The translations under genes were made by a program, and so were the position numbers. 64,000 nucleotides of DNA from the NCBI RefSeq assembly GCF_009914755.1, contig NC_060932.1; one strand, given 5' to 3'. Source of the stretch: the human T2T-CHM13v2.0 reference genome, Homo sapiens. This document shows, one piece after another, positions 1 through 20,035 of this stretch. The notes beneath the pieces were generated by a model. That model was not told the origin of the DNA and made no database searches. It saw only the letters and a list, made by a program, of their open reading frames with translations. How positions within the stretch are numbered: position 1 is the stretch's first letter; each line of letters begins with the position of its first letter.

Positions 1-84
1 TGTATACTGGTTTTCTGATTCTGTCACTCATGGTCTTTCAAGAATGTCTTACCCACCTTCCCATTGAGTAATATGTCTGAGAAA

Positions 85-580
85 AGGTCATCCAGCCTCT
101 TTGAATAGTTCAGATGACAAGAGGCTCATTCCCTCACACAGCAGCCCTTTCTGTTTGCTACCACCAGCTAAGTTTTCTTCCTGATTTCGAACCAAAAATC
201 TTTCACCATTCCACCACCTTTCCCCATTCCCTAGAACTATGAGGCATATACAACAAGCGCAAAACTTGTGAGAACTCCACAAGTCACCTCTCCTCTACAT
301 TATAGCCCTTCAAAAACATAAGGGAAGCTATTGTGTTTCCCCTTGGTTTTCTTCTCTCTAGGCCTTCTCAAATTTGAGTATGCATCAGAATCCCCTGGAG
401 GGCTTGTTAAAACACAGATTGCTGGGTCCCAACCCCAGAGTTTCAGATTGGGTGTGGTCTGTAATTTGCATTTCTAACAAGTTCCCAGGTGCTGCTGATG
501 CTGCTGGTCCAGGGACCACAATTTGACTACTATAGCTCCAGTCTAAACTTTCCCAGGTAGTTCAGCTCATTTTAGTGTGG
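85..580 (-). mobile_element. L3/CR1 LINE 3' fragment, interrupted by MER5A
   Basis: Resembles reverse-complemented L3 and parallels the second copy near 28800-29000; resumes after the MER5A (ctccagtctaaactttccc). Confidence 0.55.
363..534. mobile_element. MER5A (hAT-Charlie MITE)
   Basis: ttctcaaa...tgcatcagaatc.cctggagggcttgttaaaacacagattgctggg...tttgcatttctaacaagttcccaggtg...gggaccaca.tttga. Confidence 0.85.
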
Positions 581-649
581 CTGCTAGAACATTTATCAGT
601 TACTGAAATGGCAGGGTCCCTCCATAGAGAAATGGTTTTAATGGTATGT

Positions 650-838
650 CCTCGTAGTCAAGATCATAGGCAACTTGGCTGTATCCGCTTGCTAGCTGTG
701 TGATCTTCAGAAAGTCATTTAAACTCTGTGAATCAATTTCCTCATCTGTAAAATGAGGATAGTAATAGTGCCCTCCTCAGGAAGTTAGTGTGAGGATTAA
801 CTGAGTTTGTGTATGTAAAATGCTTACAACGTGCCTGC
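650..838 (+). mobile_element. MIR SINE
   Basis: Core gctgtgtga...tttcctcatctgtaaaatgaggatagtaatag. Confidence 0.8.
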
Positions 839-2812
839 CCTCCTGCCATAGCCCTATATACCATATTTAAAATTACTCTAATGAAATGTTATCAGGCATG
901 AGTAACACTAAGTTGGACGGTTTTGTATTATAACAATAGTGACTCATTCTTGAATAGATACTATATATTTTCAAGAAACAATGTTAAATTTCAGGGATAA
1001 ATTAATATATACAGTGTTCCTGCACAAATATTACACATCGCAACAGTATACCTACCAAATGTCATAAAAGTTGGTTATTTGAAAAATACATTTCTAAAAA
1101 TGTCTGGCAGTTTTACCTCTTCCCTGCCCCCTCACTCACTCAGATACACACACCCACAAGCAAAAATGTTAAATGTCTTTTTCAATTGGATTTAATTTTT
1201 GCTGTCAGGGTAGTTTAGCGTTCAGATTTGTTCTGGTTAAAGTACATCAGAGACGTAGGATTTCCTCAATTGGCAAGGTTGGGAAGGAAGAAGGGAACCA
1301 AGCTTCAGAAGAGCTTTGTGGATTCTTGTCTCCCTCACATCTTGGCTTCTTTCCTTCTACCCCACCTGGGCCTGGAAATTTGCAATAAACTGCAGCTGCC
1401 TAATTACCAGGGCCCATTTGGGGAGGTGAGTATATGCAGATCCCTGATGCACCTTAACACCCCCTGGATAATGGAGAATTGGCTAAAGCTCTTTTCTTAA
1501 CATTGATGCTGGGTTATCTGTGCTCTGCATTTCTTATACCCCTCTCATTTCCCTCAATTGAATGAAAATTGACCACAGAAAATTTTGTGGGAACTTTGTA
1601 TGTTCTACAACTACTATGTACACACATTTGCTTCCATGTTTCCCATCTTTTTGTTGAAGAAACCTTTACTACTCTAAAATCTCAAATGTACACATGTATG
1701 TATGTATAATGGTGTCTTTATACACATACTTTTAATCATGTTTAAGATATCGTTTTCCAGTGCATCTGGTGCTCTGGAGTTATTCTTCAATATCACTATT
1801 CTTCTTGGCACTGATCTAATAAGAGTTCTGAAACCTGCTAAGTAAAATCATATGTGGAAATCTTCAATACACATCTTTGTGGCTTTGGGGAAGGAGGGGA
1901 ATTAGTGTGAAACCTGGAAATGTGTATTAAAGAGAAACCGTGCATTTAAAAAAATTAAGTAGCTGTCTTCAACTGATAAATTAATCTTGAAATTCTAACC
2001 ATAATTTTCAAAATAAAGGCATTGTAAGTTTTGCCACTTTGAAGAAAAGCAGATAGAGCTCTCCTGAGCCTAACCCTGGAACAGCCGTGCAAGCACACTA
2101 CTCCACTGAGTGACCATTTTTGGATTTTCTTTCATCTAAAGTAGCCTTCCCTCCCTGGCCACTTTTAAGAATTTTCTTTTATCAAATTTGAAAGCCTATT
2201 TAACAGGCTTTTTAGTTGAAAATGAGACTATAAAAACCCACCAAGAGGATCTTTGTCTTTAAACAAAGTGAGTCCCAGATGGTTGTGGAGATTCTGTGGT
2301 TTCTCTGAGAAACAGCCAAATTCTCTTCTAAATCTCCTGGGGTCCAAAGGTTCTGAAGCAAGAGCCATGTGCATATATTGCCAGGCTTGGGCACATCAAG
2401 AATAACAGAGTTAAATAATGCTTCAGAGTTTTCAAATGTTTATTTCAAGTTAGGCAATGCTATGGCATCATAAGACTTATCATGAGTGTCTAGTAACCCC
2501 TAGCATATGCTAAAGAAAAGTTTGCTTCCTAATTTAGGATCATAGTTCAGTTGACTTTTATGGTTTGTTATTGTGAAAGCATAGTTTTAAAAGATTATGA
2601 TGGCTAGAGTATCTAGGGGAAATACAACTGTTCAGCACAGCTTGGTTTTACAGATGTGCTCCTTCTAAAGAAAATTCAAATAAGCAGATAGTTGAGAAAT
2701 AAATGAGAAAATCTAAACCTCACCATTCAAATAATGCAAATTAAAACAACAATGACATTTAATTTTTGGTTCCTCAATCTAGCAGGTTTCTTTTGATTAA
2801 ATAATAGTTCAT

Positions 2813-3103
2813 CCCAGCGTAGTGGCTTATGCCTATGATCCCAGCACTTTGGGAGGCTGAGGCAGGAGAATCACTTGAGCCCAGGGGTTTGAGACCAGCG
2901 TGGTCAACATAGCAAGACCCTATCTCTACAAAACATAAAATAAAATACATTAGCCAGGCATGGTGGCATGTGCCTGTAGTCCAAGCTACTTAGGAGGCTG
3001 AGGCAAGAAGATCCCTTGAGCCGAGGAGTTCAAGGCTGCAGTGAGCTGAAATCTTGCCACTGCATTCCACCTTGGGTGACAGAGCAAGACCCCCATCTAA
3101 AAA
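2813..3103 (+). mobile_element. Alu (AluJ-like)
   Basis: Dimeric Alu with J-type diagnostics (gagcccagg, caacatagcaagaccc); AATAATAGTTCAT on both flanks. Confidence 0.92.
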
Positions 3104-3212
3104 TAGTGATAATAATAATAGTTCATTTATAAATAGTTATTCATATTTATTGGTGTAAATAATAGTTCATTAAAATTGATGGTTACAGAGAACTCTTGAT
3201 GACATAGGAAAA

Positions 3213-3787
3213 TGTATCAGTTAGGACGCTTTCAGTTTGAAGTTACAAAATATGCTTGTTAATCTTCATAGCAAGTTAATGAGGCAGATACTATTCTATT
3301 TTATGTTTATTGTTTCACATAACGAGGAGGAAGAAGGCTGGTTCAGTATTGGCTAAGCAACCCAGTGTTGTATTTGCTTCTCTGTCATCCTCTTAGATTT
3401 GCCTGCCTGGTCTCAGGTGGCATTAAAGCTGTATACATCCTCTGATAACAGCTTCTGTGACACAAAAGAAGGGCTTCTCTTCTCAAACTGTCTCCCTTAT
3501 TATCAAGGAGTAATATCTTTCCTAGAGCCTTTTACCAGTCTTACCTTCTCATATTATTAGCCAAACCAGAGTTCCATGTTTACCCTGATCGATGGCAAAA
3601 GGAGAATGGAATTAACAGGATTGGCTTGTACCAATCATGATACAGCCACTGGGGGCCAAGGGAGGTGTCTACCTTCCCTGAGTACTTTGCTGCCTTTTGA
3701 TACCTAACCAAATCAAGTGAGGGTTTTTAACAATAAGAGGAAAGGAGAGAACAGCTATTGGGAAGAGAAGCAATGGTGTCTGACACA
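3213..3787. mobile_element. MLT1-family (ERVL-MaLR) solo LTR, old
   Basis: TG...CA ends (tgtatcagttagga ... gtgtctgacaca) and typical late-MLT1 internal motifs. Confidence 0.6.
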
Positions 3788-4004
3788 TTTATGTTATAAA
3801 GAGCAGCCCTTACTTTCTTTTTTATGGTTTCTAACTTTTCTTAATGAGTAGATATTAATTTTATGAGAGACAGACTATCAGGGTGATGATCAACAAACTC
3901 TGGGCCAGACTTACTGGGTAACACCAAGCAAGTTATTAAATATCTCTGTTAAATTTTCTCTCTGTTAAGATGGGGAGTCACAGTAGCACCTACTTTATAA
4001 GGTT

Positions 4005-4589
4005 GCTGTGAGAATGTGTTCTCCAGAAAAACCGCACTGATGAGGGGGTGTGTGTGTGCACACCCATGCATGCACACATGTACATGCATGGGTGTGTGGG
4101 AAAAGAATGATTTATTATAAATTGACTCGTGATTATGAAACATGACATAATCTTAGAGAAGTCCCAAGATCTGCAGTCAGCAAGCTGCAGACCCAGGAGA
4201 GCCAATGTGTAGCTCCCATCTGATTACAAAGGCCAGAGAACCAGGAGAGCGAATAGTGTAAGTTCCAGTCCAAAGTCTGGCAAGTTCAAGACCCAAGAAG
4301 AGCTGATGCTTCATTCCAAGTCCAAAGGCCAGAAAAGACCAATGCCCTAGCTCAAGCAGTCAGGCAAAATGAGTTTCCTCTTACTTAGCCTTTTCCTTCG
4401 ATTGGGTCTTCATTTGGTTAGATGAAGCCCACCCATGGTGGGGAAGACAATCTGCTTTACTCAGTCTACCAATCCAAATGTTCATCTCACTCAGAAACAC
4501 CCTCACACACACACCCAGAATAATGTTTGACTAAATGTCTGCTCATACCATGACCCAATCAAGTTGACATACTAAAATTAAATATCATA
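4005..4589 (-). mobile_element. MLT2 (ERVL) LTR
   Basis: gaagtcccaagatctgcagtcagcaagctg...; ends aagttgacat...aaaattaa.tatca (reverse of the MLT2 start). Confidence 0.8.
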
Positions 4590-4792
4590 TGCTTAGACTT
4601 GTACATATACTGTGTATGTGTGTGTGTGTTATTCTGGAAAAATATTACAAATAGGAAATTCAGTATGTGAAAGTCCTATTTTCTCCAATCATGGTGAATA
4701 TTCATATTACAGAAGGATTTGCTTTGTGAAAGAATTCACCACCGTATTAAATTTTGCATTATATTTTCAATTTCAACCAATTTAAGAAAACA

Positions 4793-5360
<568 letters not shown>

Positions 5361-5482
5361 AAGACCCCCATTTCTTAATACCTACTATGAACTATACTCT
5401 CTTACCTGGGTGTAAAGTTGAATAACCCATAGGTTTAGTGGATAAATCTGTGTGTTTATAAAGATAAAACTTACACAGTTTA

Positions 5483-5837
<355 letters not shown>

Positions 5838-5959
5838 TTATACAGAGATTTCTTACTAGATAAGAGTGAAATAAACCCTTGAAAATCAACTTCAAGGAAT
5901 AGATTGATCACAATTGCCCTCTCAGTTACCAGAGCTAAATGATTTTCAATTCCCAGTCT

Positions 5960-6365
5960 TTTCCATTTCTACTTCACTTGACAAGATTCACTGCCACCTC
6001 CTGGGCAGGCACTTCTCTTATGGCTTCAGCAAAACTACTGTCCCCTGATTCACCTCTGTTCTCCTTCATCCCTTCTTCTCTGGCCCCATTTTCTAGCTTT
6101 TCACCCCGAGTCTGCCCTTGGAGTATTGGTCAGTTTCTGGGTTTGAGCTTCTACCCTCTCTTTCAGGTAAACTATCTTCTGCTTGTGCATGTTTGCAAGG
6201 CTCTTCTTTCACTAATCATTATCTCCACCTCCACATTTTCTCTGGCCAGCACCTGAGCAGCATTTCTAATTGAGTACTGGACTCCTACATGTCTGTCCTT
6301 TAAATACTGCAAACTCAACATGGCCAAAGCAAAATTTCTTCTTGACTTCAAGTCTTTTTTCCTTC
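5960..6365 (+). mobile_element. L2 LINE fragment
   Basis: aaactcaacatggccaaagc.aaattt L2 hallmark; pyrimidine-rich. Confidence 0.6.
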
Positions 6366-6498
6366 TTGTACTGTTTAAGCTAATTACTTCATTTTCTTTC
6401 CATTAACATCAACATAGTTTACTCTGTTTGAATGATAACATATTTCCAGTTAATGAAGTCTGAATTGATGAAGCCTTATATACTTAACTGTCTTTTAG

Positions 6499-6762
6499 AT
6501 TATCATCTGTGGAAGACAGATCATCTGTAGTTACTTGTCTCAAAGCATAGAACTAAAAGTCGTTCAGCATTACATTGGTCAAGATGGACAAGCTGTAGTT
6601 CGGGAACATTTTGACTGCCTCACAGCCAAACAGAAATTGCCTTCGTACATACTAGAAAACAATGAACTGACGGAGCTGTGTGTGAAGGCCAAAGGAGATG
6701 AAGACTGGTCAAGAGATGTGTGCCTGGAATCCAAAGCCCCTGAGTACAGCATTGTCATTCAG
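6499..6762 (+). CDS. VPS13B: VPS13B coding exon (~45), 264 nt, phase 0-0: IIICGRQIICSYLSQSIELK...APEYSIVIQ
   Basis: tcttttag|ATT acceptor; CAG|gtttga donor; overlaps ORF 6535..6768. Confidence 0.93.
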
Positions 6763-7409
6763 GTTTGAAAAGACGTTCAATCTAGAATAGAGCAGCTTTA
6801 CCATTGAAATTTTCTCAAAATGTTCTTTACTCGTACAGCACTTAATTTATTAAAAAGTGACATATAAAAAAGGGGAGTGAAAGGCTTTGAATAGTACTTC
6901 TCAAACTGTTTCCTCCCCATCCCACGACAATACATTTGTATCAGTTCCAGTAGTTCTTACAGCCAAGACTCTGTCCCTCCCAGACGCAAGTGATATCTTG
7001 AAAAAGATTCTGCTGCCCCAGGGTTAGGGGTAGGGTGGGACTGTGGGGGTGGTATCCTCCTCACTTAAGGATCTTTATGATGGTCTGTTACTTTATCTCT
7101 TCCTCAGTCTTTACCATCATCACTTTCATTCCCATAAAGGATAAATTCTCTTTCATTTTGCCACTTAGTCTTATATCTCTCCTTATGCAAATCTCTTTGT
7201 CTTTATGGAAAGAGTTGGCCCCGCTGACTCACTGCACATTTGCTTTCTGCCATAATGAAGTCTGTTTTTGCTCAGTTTTTTTTAATAATGGCTTTTTCCC
7301 TAAACTTTAAACTCTTTTTAATCTTCCAAACTGATGTATCTGTGCCTTATTTTGATTAATTAGTAAACTGCTTAGTATTCAATAGGACCCTTTGCTATTT
7401 CATGTGCAG

Positions 7410-7493
7410 GTGCCATCTTCAAACAGTTCCATTATTTATGTCTGGTGCACAGTTTTGACTTTAGAACCCAACTCTCAAGTGCAACAACGAATG
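7410..7493 (+). CDS. VPS13B: VPS13B coding exon (~46), 84 nt, phase 0-0: VPSSNSSIIYVWCTVLTLEPNSQVQQRM
   Basis: tgtgcag|GTG acceptor; ATG|gtgagt donor; in frame with both neighbours. Confidence 0.93.
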
Positions 7494-7671
7494 GTGAGTG
7501 CTTTCCCAATCCTAAAATATGGTATATGACTCTGACCTTTCCTGTTCTGAAATAAATTAAGGTCAGAGTGACCCAGGGAAGAGATTTATTACAAGTTTGT
7601 TTCAGCATCAAACAGCTGGAATACTGCAACAAAGCAAATATGAAAGTTGTTCTATCCTTTTATTTTTATAG

Positions 7672-7847
7672 ATTGTGTTCAGCCCTCTTTTTATCATGAG
7701 GAGTCATCTTCCAGACCCCATTATCATACATTTGGAGAAAAGGAGTCTGGGATTGAGTGAAACACAAATTATTCCAGGAAAAGGGCAGGAAAAACCACTG
7801 CAAAACATAGAACCTGACCTTGTACATCACCTGACATTCCAAGCAAG
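7672..7847 (+). CDS. VPS13B: VPS13B coding exon (~47), 176 nt, phase 0-2: IVFSPLFIMRSHLPDP...HHLTFQA(R)
   Basis: tttttatag|ATT acceptor; AAG|gtacta donor; open frame. Confidence 0.93.
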
Positions 7848-8370
7848 GTACTAGAAAAATCCTTCCATACATTTTACATTTTCCTAGGAGAAATTAAGTA
7901 GAAAAGTAACCTTGCACTGGGGGGCGGCGGGGGAGGGGTGGGTAGGGAGATGGGAGTGGAGGGAGTTTTTTGTATGATTTCTTATCTTATGAGAATGTTA
8001 TTTTAAAATTGCCCTGCCTAGGGATCTCTTATTCTCATCTGTAGTTTTAGATAAAAATCAGCCTTTCTCATTAAGCTTAGAAATAACCAGCAGGGATCAT
8101 CAGAACTTTTAATTTAATTTAGGTTTCATTGACACATGACTTCTGTGGTGAAAGAAGATGTGAATAGAGATCAACACCCAGGAATTGAGGGGTGGGGGAA
8201 GAAAGAGGAAAAGCCAGGGCCCAGATCATCCACACACTGTCCCATAAATGGACTCTATCTACCAAAAAGGTGTTGGTCTATAATACATTTGTAGTTAGAT
8301 ATTTTTCAATAAATTATATACCACTTTAGAAATCTGATAATTATTCTTGGTTTTTATTTCAATTTCCTAG

Positions 8371-8541
8371 AGAAGAATATGATCCTTCAGATTGTGCAGT
8401 TCCCATCTCAACATCCCTCATTAAGCAAATAGCCACTAAGGTACACCCTGGAGGCACAGTTAATCAGATCCTTGACGAATTCTATGGGCCAGAAAAGTCG
8501 CTTCAACCCATATGGCCCTATAATAAGAAGGATTCTGACAG
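8371..8541 (+). CDS. VPS13B: VPS13B coding exon (~48), 171 nt, phase 2-2: EEYDPSDCAVPIS...WPYNKKDSD(R)
   Basis: tttcctag|A acceptor; CAG|gtaata donor. Confidence 0.93.
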
Positions 8542-8879
8542 GTAATATTCTTCAGTGATCTTTTTCTACAAAAATTTCTCAACATTAACAAATGATCATT
8601 CACAAAAATATTAAATACCATAAGTGGTGTGTGCATGTATCTGTCAGATTCTTACCTTTTATCATCTAGTAGGTGTATTTTGTAGATTTCTTTATTCATG
8701 ATCTAGATCATAATTGCATGAAAAGTTGCTTTCTCCTGCATGCAAATTTAGCATTGAAAGATTCTGGTATGAGGAGGTATCATGCAGGAGCATGGTGTGT
8801 TTGGAATCTTTAAACATATTTCACAAATATTAAAGTTATCATATTTCATTGAGTCTCTTGGATGTGGTTTTTGGAACAG

Positions 8880-9081
8880 GAATGAACAGCTAAGTCAGTG
8901 GGATAGCCCAATGCGAGTGAAGCTGTCAATCTGGAAGCCATATGTTAGAACTTTGTTGATAGAACTTCTGCCCTGGGCCCTGCTTATCAATGAATCCAAA
9001 TGGGACCTCTGGCTATTTGAAGGAGAGAAAATTGTTCTACAGGTTCCTGCTGGCAAAATTATTATTCCTCCTAATTTTCAG
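8880..9081 (+). CDS. VPS13B: VPS13B coding exon (~49), 202 nt, phase 2-0: NEQLSQWDSPMRVKLSIW...KIIIPPNFQ
   Basis: ggaacag|G acceptor (weak pyrimidine tract); CAG|gtacta donor; within ORF 8782..9090. Confidence 0.92.
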
Positions 9082-10059
9082 GTACTATAACTTTTTTAAC
9101 TAATACGAATTCTTATCTCTCAACAAGTAGATTTTATTGTAAAGTTGCGTTTATGATCTTAACAGAATGAATCAGTTGTGAAAAATTCTTCTTAGATGCA
9201 TATGTAAGAGGTATGGAATGTTCTTTGATATTCAAGGACTTTTCTGATGTCTTTTTTTTTTAACCATCAACACTATTGGTGCTTGAGTTACCATTAAATT
9301 TGATAACTTGGATTAGTTACATTCTTATTTCCATTGTTATAGGATATTTGACAAGTATTTGGGCTGCTCTATCAGTACATATTAAGGAAATAGAGCCATC
9401 ATGTGTGCTTATCCATACCCTAGGTACTCTTTGCTGTTCTTCTGGAAATTCTCTGCAATCTGCAAGATATTGAGGATTTCAGAGCAACTGTTTTTGTCAG
9501 GGACCCCTTTCCTTTATAGGTGGACTTGGATGTTCATAATTATGGATGTCTACCCAGTTGATTATAACAGTGTGGAATGATTACTGACACAGAGAGAAAC
9601 CTAATTGCAAAACAAAATATCGCAGGAAAATTTTATATTTCTGTCACAAAACCTTCTTTATAAGGCTAGTCTATTTCAAGAAGACACACAAATCTATTTA
9701 AAAAATAGAGTAAAAGTAACTCCTAAATAAAATGTCTTTCTGATAGAGAACAATTTCAGAATCCTTTTTTGAGCTCCAGGTCATAAACATCTTTATTTAA
9801 TTGCATTTTTTCTTTTTTCTGTAAAATAATCAGGTGATGTTACCTTATGGAATTGGAATGTTGACCTATGTGGACCTAATGTTGCATATTATTCTCTTGT
9901 CAAATGAGATGAAACCTTCAGTTTTTAAAGCCTTTGGTATTTGCAGGGTAGTCACTGTTTGGGTTTGGTTTTCCCCTCCCTTCCGTAAATACGAATTCCA
10001 TTGTGAGTAAAAAAAAAAAAATACATTGGGAGCCAAAATAGAATGTACGTTGTCATTAC

Positions 10060-10062
<3 letters not shown>

Positions 10063-10126
<64 letters not shown>
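10063..10126 (+). repeat. (AC)32 perfect microsatellite
   Basis: Direct count. Confidence 0.97.
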
Positions 10127-10127
<1 letters not shown>

Positions 10128-10252
10128 ATGGAGGGATATTTGGTTACCTTAGTAGACCTATTATATAATATTAAAAAAAAAATCCTGAGGATTGAAGTAA
10201 AAAATATCAAAGGTAAGAAAATTACTTTATAATTGAGGCATTATTTTTCCAG

Positions 10253-10441
10253 GAAGCTTTTCAAATTGGAATATACTGGGCAAATACAAACACTGTGCAC
10301 AAGTCAGTAGCAATTAAACTGGTCCATAACCTGACATCTCCAAAGTGGAAAGATGGAGGTAATGGTGAAGTTGTGACACTGGATGAAGAAGCGTTTGTTG
10401 ATACTGAAATAAGACTTGGTGCTTTTCCAGGACATCAGAAG
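10253..10441 (+). CDS. VPS13B: VPS13B coding exon (~50), 189 nt, phase 0-0: EAFQIGIYWANTNTVHKS...GAFPGHQK
   Basis: tttttccag|GAA acceptor; AAG|gtaaga donor. Confidence 0.93.
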
Positions 10442-11625
10442 GTAAGATCAAAGTCTATGTGGCTGGGAGGAAATAGCATGCCATCCCCTTAACCTGTCTA
10501 AAATGAATCTGCCTTTTTCTTTTTGATACCTTTTTCATATTACTTCTTCTAAACAATTTATAACAGTACATTTGATTTCTTAACTTCTTAGACCTCTGTT
10601 TTACAGTGCTTTTTTTTCTTTACCAGTGATAAAAGCTGTGTCACATAATTTATCCAATAATTGTTCTATTTCAGAATACTCAGCAGTAACTTGATTTATA
10701 GTATGTGGGGAGAAAATGAACTTACTCCAAAATATCCACAAATTGTACTTGGCCTCCTTCTTTAGAGCAGAAAGTAGAGTCACTAACGTTCTGAGCATAG
10801 AGTGAAAGGACAAAGGCTCCTCCTGCAGCAAAGTTTATATTTCTGGAAAGGACATCCTGAGAAAAATTATGTGGATCAATTCTAATTCTCTCCTAGAACC
10901 ACTGTTATATGAGGAAGTTATATTCTTGAACAGTGGACTGGTGTCTATGTTTTTGGAGATGCATACAAAAAACATAAGTCATTTAAATATAAATGGTATG
11001 TGCTTTTCAGCATAAATCTAAAGTCTATGAAAACAATTAGCTGAATAATATAACTAATCACATTATGTATGAAAGTACAATATCATAGTGTACCATGCAG
11101 AAGTTTTTTGCTGTACTTCTAATATCATCATTATTTTAGCTGTCCAAAATTAGAAAAAGAAGGGATACTTCATCAGAGTAGTAGAATTCAGATTGACCTT
11201 TTTCAGGGGAGAAGTTAGATTTTTGACAAGTGTCTTTGAAAAGTCTTTTGAGAAAAGTTAGGGTCATTTGGTGACTTTTTAAAAAATAAATTTCCGTGAT
11301 ACCAAGAAATTGGTCTTTCTTCAGCATTCAAGGCTGGTATCCATTTCCTCAAAGTTGTCTGGGCAACACATGTTTATGCTCTGACGGCCAAAGTACTGTA
11401 ACATGGGTGTAAATGGCAAAGAGCTGTAAGCATGAATCACCCAAAGTTGAATAGTTGTAAGTTGAGAACTACCATCAAAACCTGGAAAAAATGTTATAAT
11501 ATTCAGTCAACACCCAATACCTCTAGCACCTAACAAAGTAGCCACAGCAAGTGTTGAATAAATGTTTGTGAATCAATGAATGTACTGTTGGAACACATAT
11601 TGATGTCTAATTATGCTTTGGTAGT

Positions 11626-11977
11626 GACTCAGGACCTCTTTATACTCTTTTTAGTCTCAGGACCCCTTTATACTCTTAAAAATTATTGAGAACCCCCAAA
11701 GACCTTTTGTTTCTGTGGGTTATATCAGTATTTATCAGATTAGAAATTAAAACAGAAACTTTTAAAACACAAGAATATACAAATATATATTCCATTAGCT
11801 ATCACAGTAATAACATCTCATGTCATGTACCTCTGGAAATCCACTGTACGTTCATGAGAGAATTCAAGTGTAAAAGATTAATAGCATCTTACTATTATTA
11901 TAAAAATAGTTTTGACCGTGGGACCCCATGCCCAGAGATCCCCTGTGGGTCCCCAGACCACCCTTTGAAAACCAGTG
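11626..11977 (+). mobile_element. Charlie1-family hAT non-autonomous element
   Basis: ctcaggacccctttatactcttaaaaattattgag... and end ...ccagaccaccctttgaaaaccagtg; a ~22-nt block is tandemly duplicated at its start. Confidence 0.72.
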
Positions 11978-12074
11978 TTCTGATACTATTAACTAGATGG
12001 GTATGTTTAAGCAAGAAACATCTTCTCTGAGCATCAGTTCCTTACATAACATGATAAGGTAATGAAATGATACA

Positions 12075-12300
12075 TGTAGTGGTTAAGAGCAGCACCACAG
12101 AGCCAGACTGCATGGGTTCCAACCCCCTAGTTAGACCCTCTTCATCTTTGTGACCTTGGGGAAGTTACTTCTTTGTGCCTCACTTTCCTCTTCTGTAAAA
12201 TGGGGTTAATAATAGTAACTCCCCCACGTAGGTACTGTGAGGATTTTGTGAGTTAATATGTATACAGCACTTGAAACTAGTGGAACACAATATTGCAATA
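12075..12300 (+). mobile_element. MIR SINE
   Basis: gtagtggttaagagca...tgtgaccttggggaagttactt...ctgtaaaatgggg. Confidence 0.82.
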
Positions 12301-12790
12301 TATGAAGGTCAATCCTTATTGTCTTCATTGTCGTCATTACTGAAGTTCTCAGAACTCTCCTTGGTTCATCATAGGCATTAGTGAGGCAGCTGCTGGGAGA
12401 CCATGAGGAGGAGGAGGAGGAGGAGTGAGGCTGGGTGGAATTCTGCCAAGTAAGATGAGTGGCATTTATTTACATATACATGCTTTCTAAATAAACACTT
12501 TGTGAGGTTACTGGTAAAATAACCAGAAAACAAGTCTTTTATCTGTCACTACAGAACAGCAGCAAAAGTAACAGGGCTGCTAAAGCACCATGTTGTAGGC
12601 TAAATACTGACAGGGGCCAGAACATTTCTGAGAATGAAAGGAACGCCATTAAATATTCTGGGGAAAAACAAAGGTAAAATTGGTACTGTCCTGGCAGACA
12701 ATTAGATAAAATAACCTTTTAGGAATACTCAAGAGATTTTGATATGCCTTACAGTATTGTCAAAATTATTTTTTCTCAATTATCTTGTAG

Positions 12791-12937
12791 TTATGTCAGT
12801 TCTGCATTTCCTCCATGGTACAGCAAGGTATACAAATTATTCAGATTGAAGACAAGACTACAATAATCAATAATACACCATATCAAATATTTTATAAACC
12901 ACAGCTATCTGTCTGCAATCCCCATTCTGGAAAGGAG
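12791..12937 (+). CDS. VPS13B: VPS13B coding exon (~51), 147 nt, phase 0-0: LCQFCISSMVQQGIQII...CNPHSGKE
   Basis: tcttgtag|TTA acceptor; GAG|gtaagc donor. Confidence 0.93.
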
Positions 12938-13553
12938 GTAAGCAAATCATAACGATTCTTTTGTCTAAGTTTTGATAAAGAAACAATAAATAGGATCAAC
13001 TTCTCTTTAACCTATAGCAAATGAAAAGCTAACCCTGAATGTAGGTAAAGAGAAATTCACTTATTTTTGTTGTAATTAAAACCATGAATGTCATGGTCAC
13101 TGCTTCCAAGGTAATTAATGAGCAGAAATCCTACCAAGAAGGAGGCCCTGACACACTGCTGGATTAGTCCTGCCTGTGCCCCATCTGCTCAGAGGCTCCA
13201 GCCTAGTCCTCTAGCATGCTCACTAGACTCCTACAAGCAGAGACATAGTCATGAGGACTGGCTCCTGGGTCACATGGAAAAGCACATCTGTCTCACAGGC
13301 TGCAGTGCCTGGGGGAGCCATGCAGGCAAAAGGCTAGGGCCTAACTGAGCCGTGGATCTGCGAGCAGTGAGCTCTGTGGTTACAAGGAGAAAATGTGGAA
13401 ATGTACTAGCTCATTTATGTTAACATCTTGATGGCAGAATATATGGAAAATAAATCTAAGAATTTCAGTTCTTTGAACAATTAAAATGAATAGTTAATAT
13501 TTTAAGAGAGGAGAGATTTTTTTTTCTCTCCATTACATCTTAGATGTTTTCCC

Positions 13554-20019
<6,466 letters not shown>

Positions 20020-20035
20020 AATTGGTGTTTTTTTC

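Noticed and set aside
4048-4098. Alternating purine-pyrimidine, partly palindromic tract
   Set aside because: Usual variable (TG)/(CA) segment inside MLT2 LTRs
9866-10232. ORFs with VCVC/THTH runs
   Set aside because: Translation of the (AC)32 microsatellite
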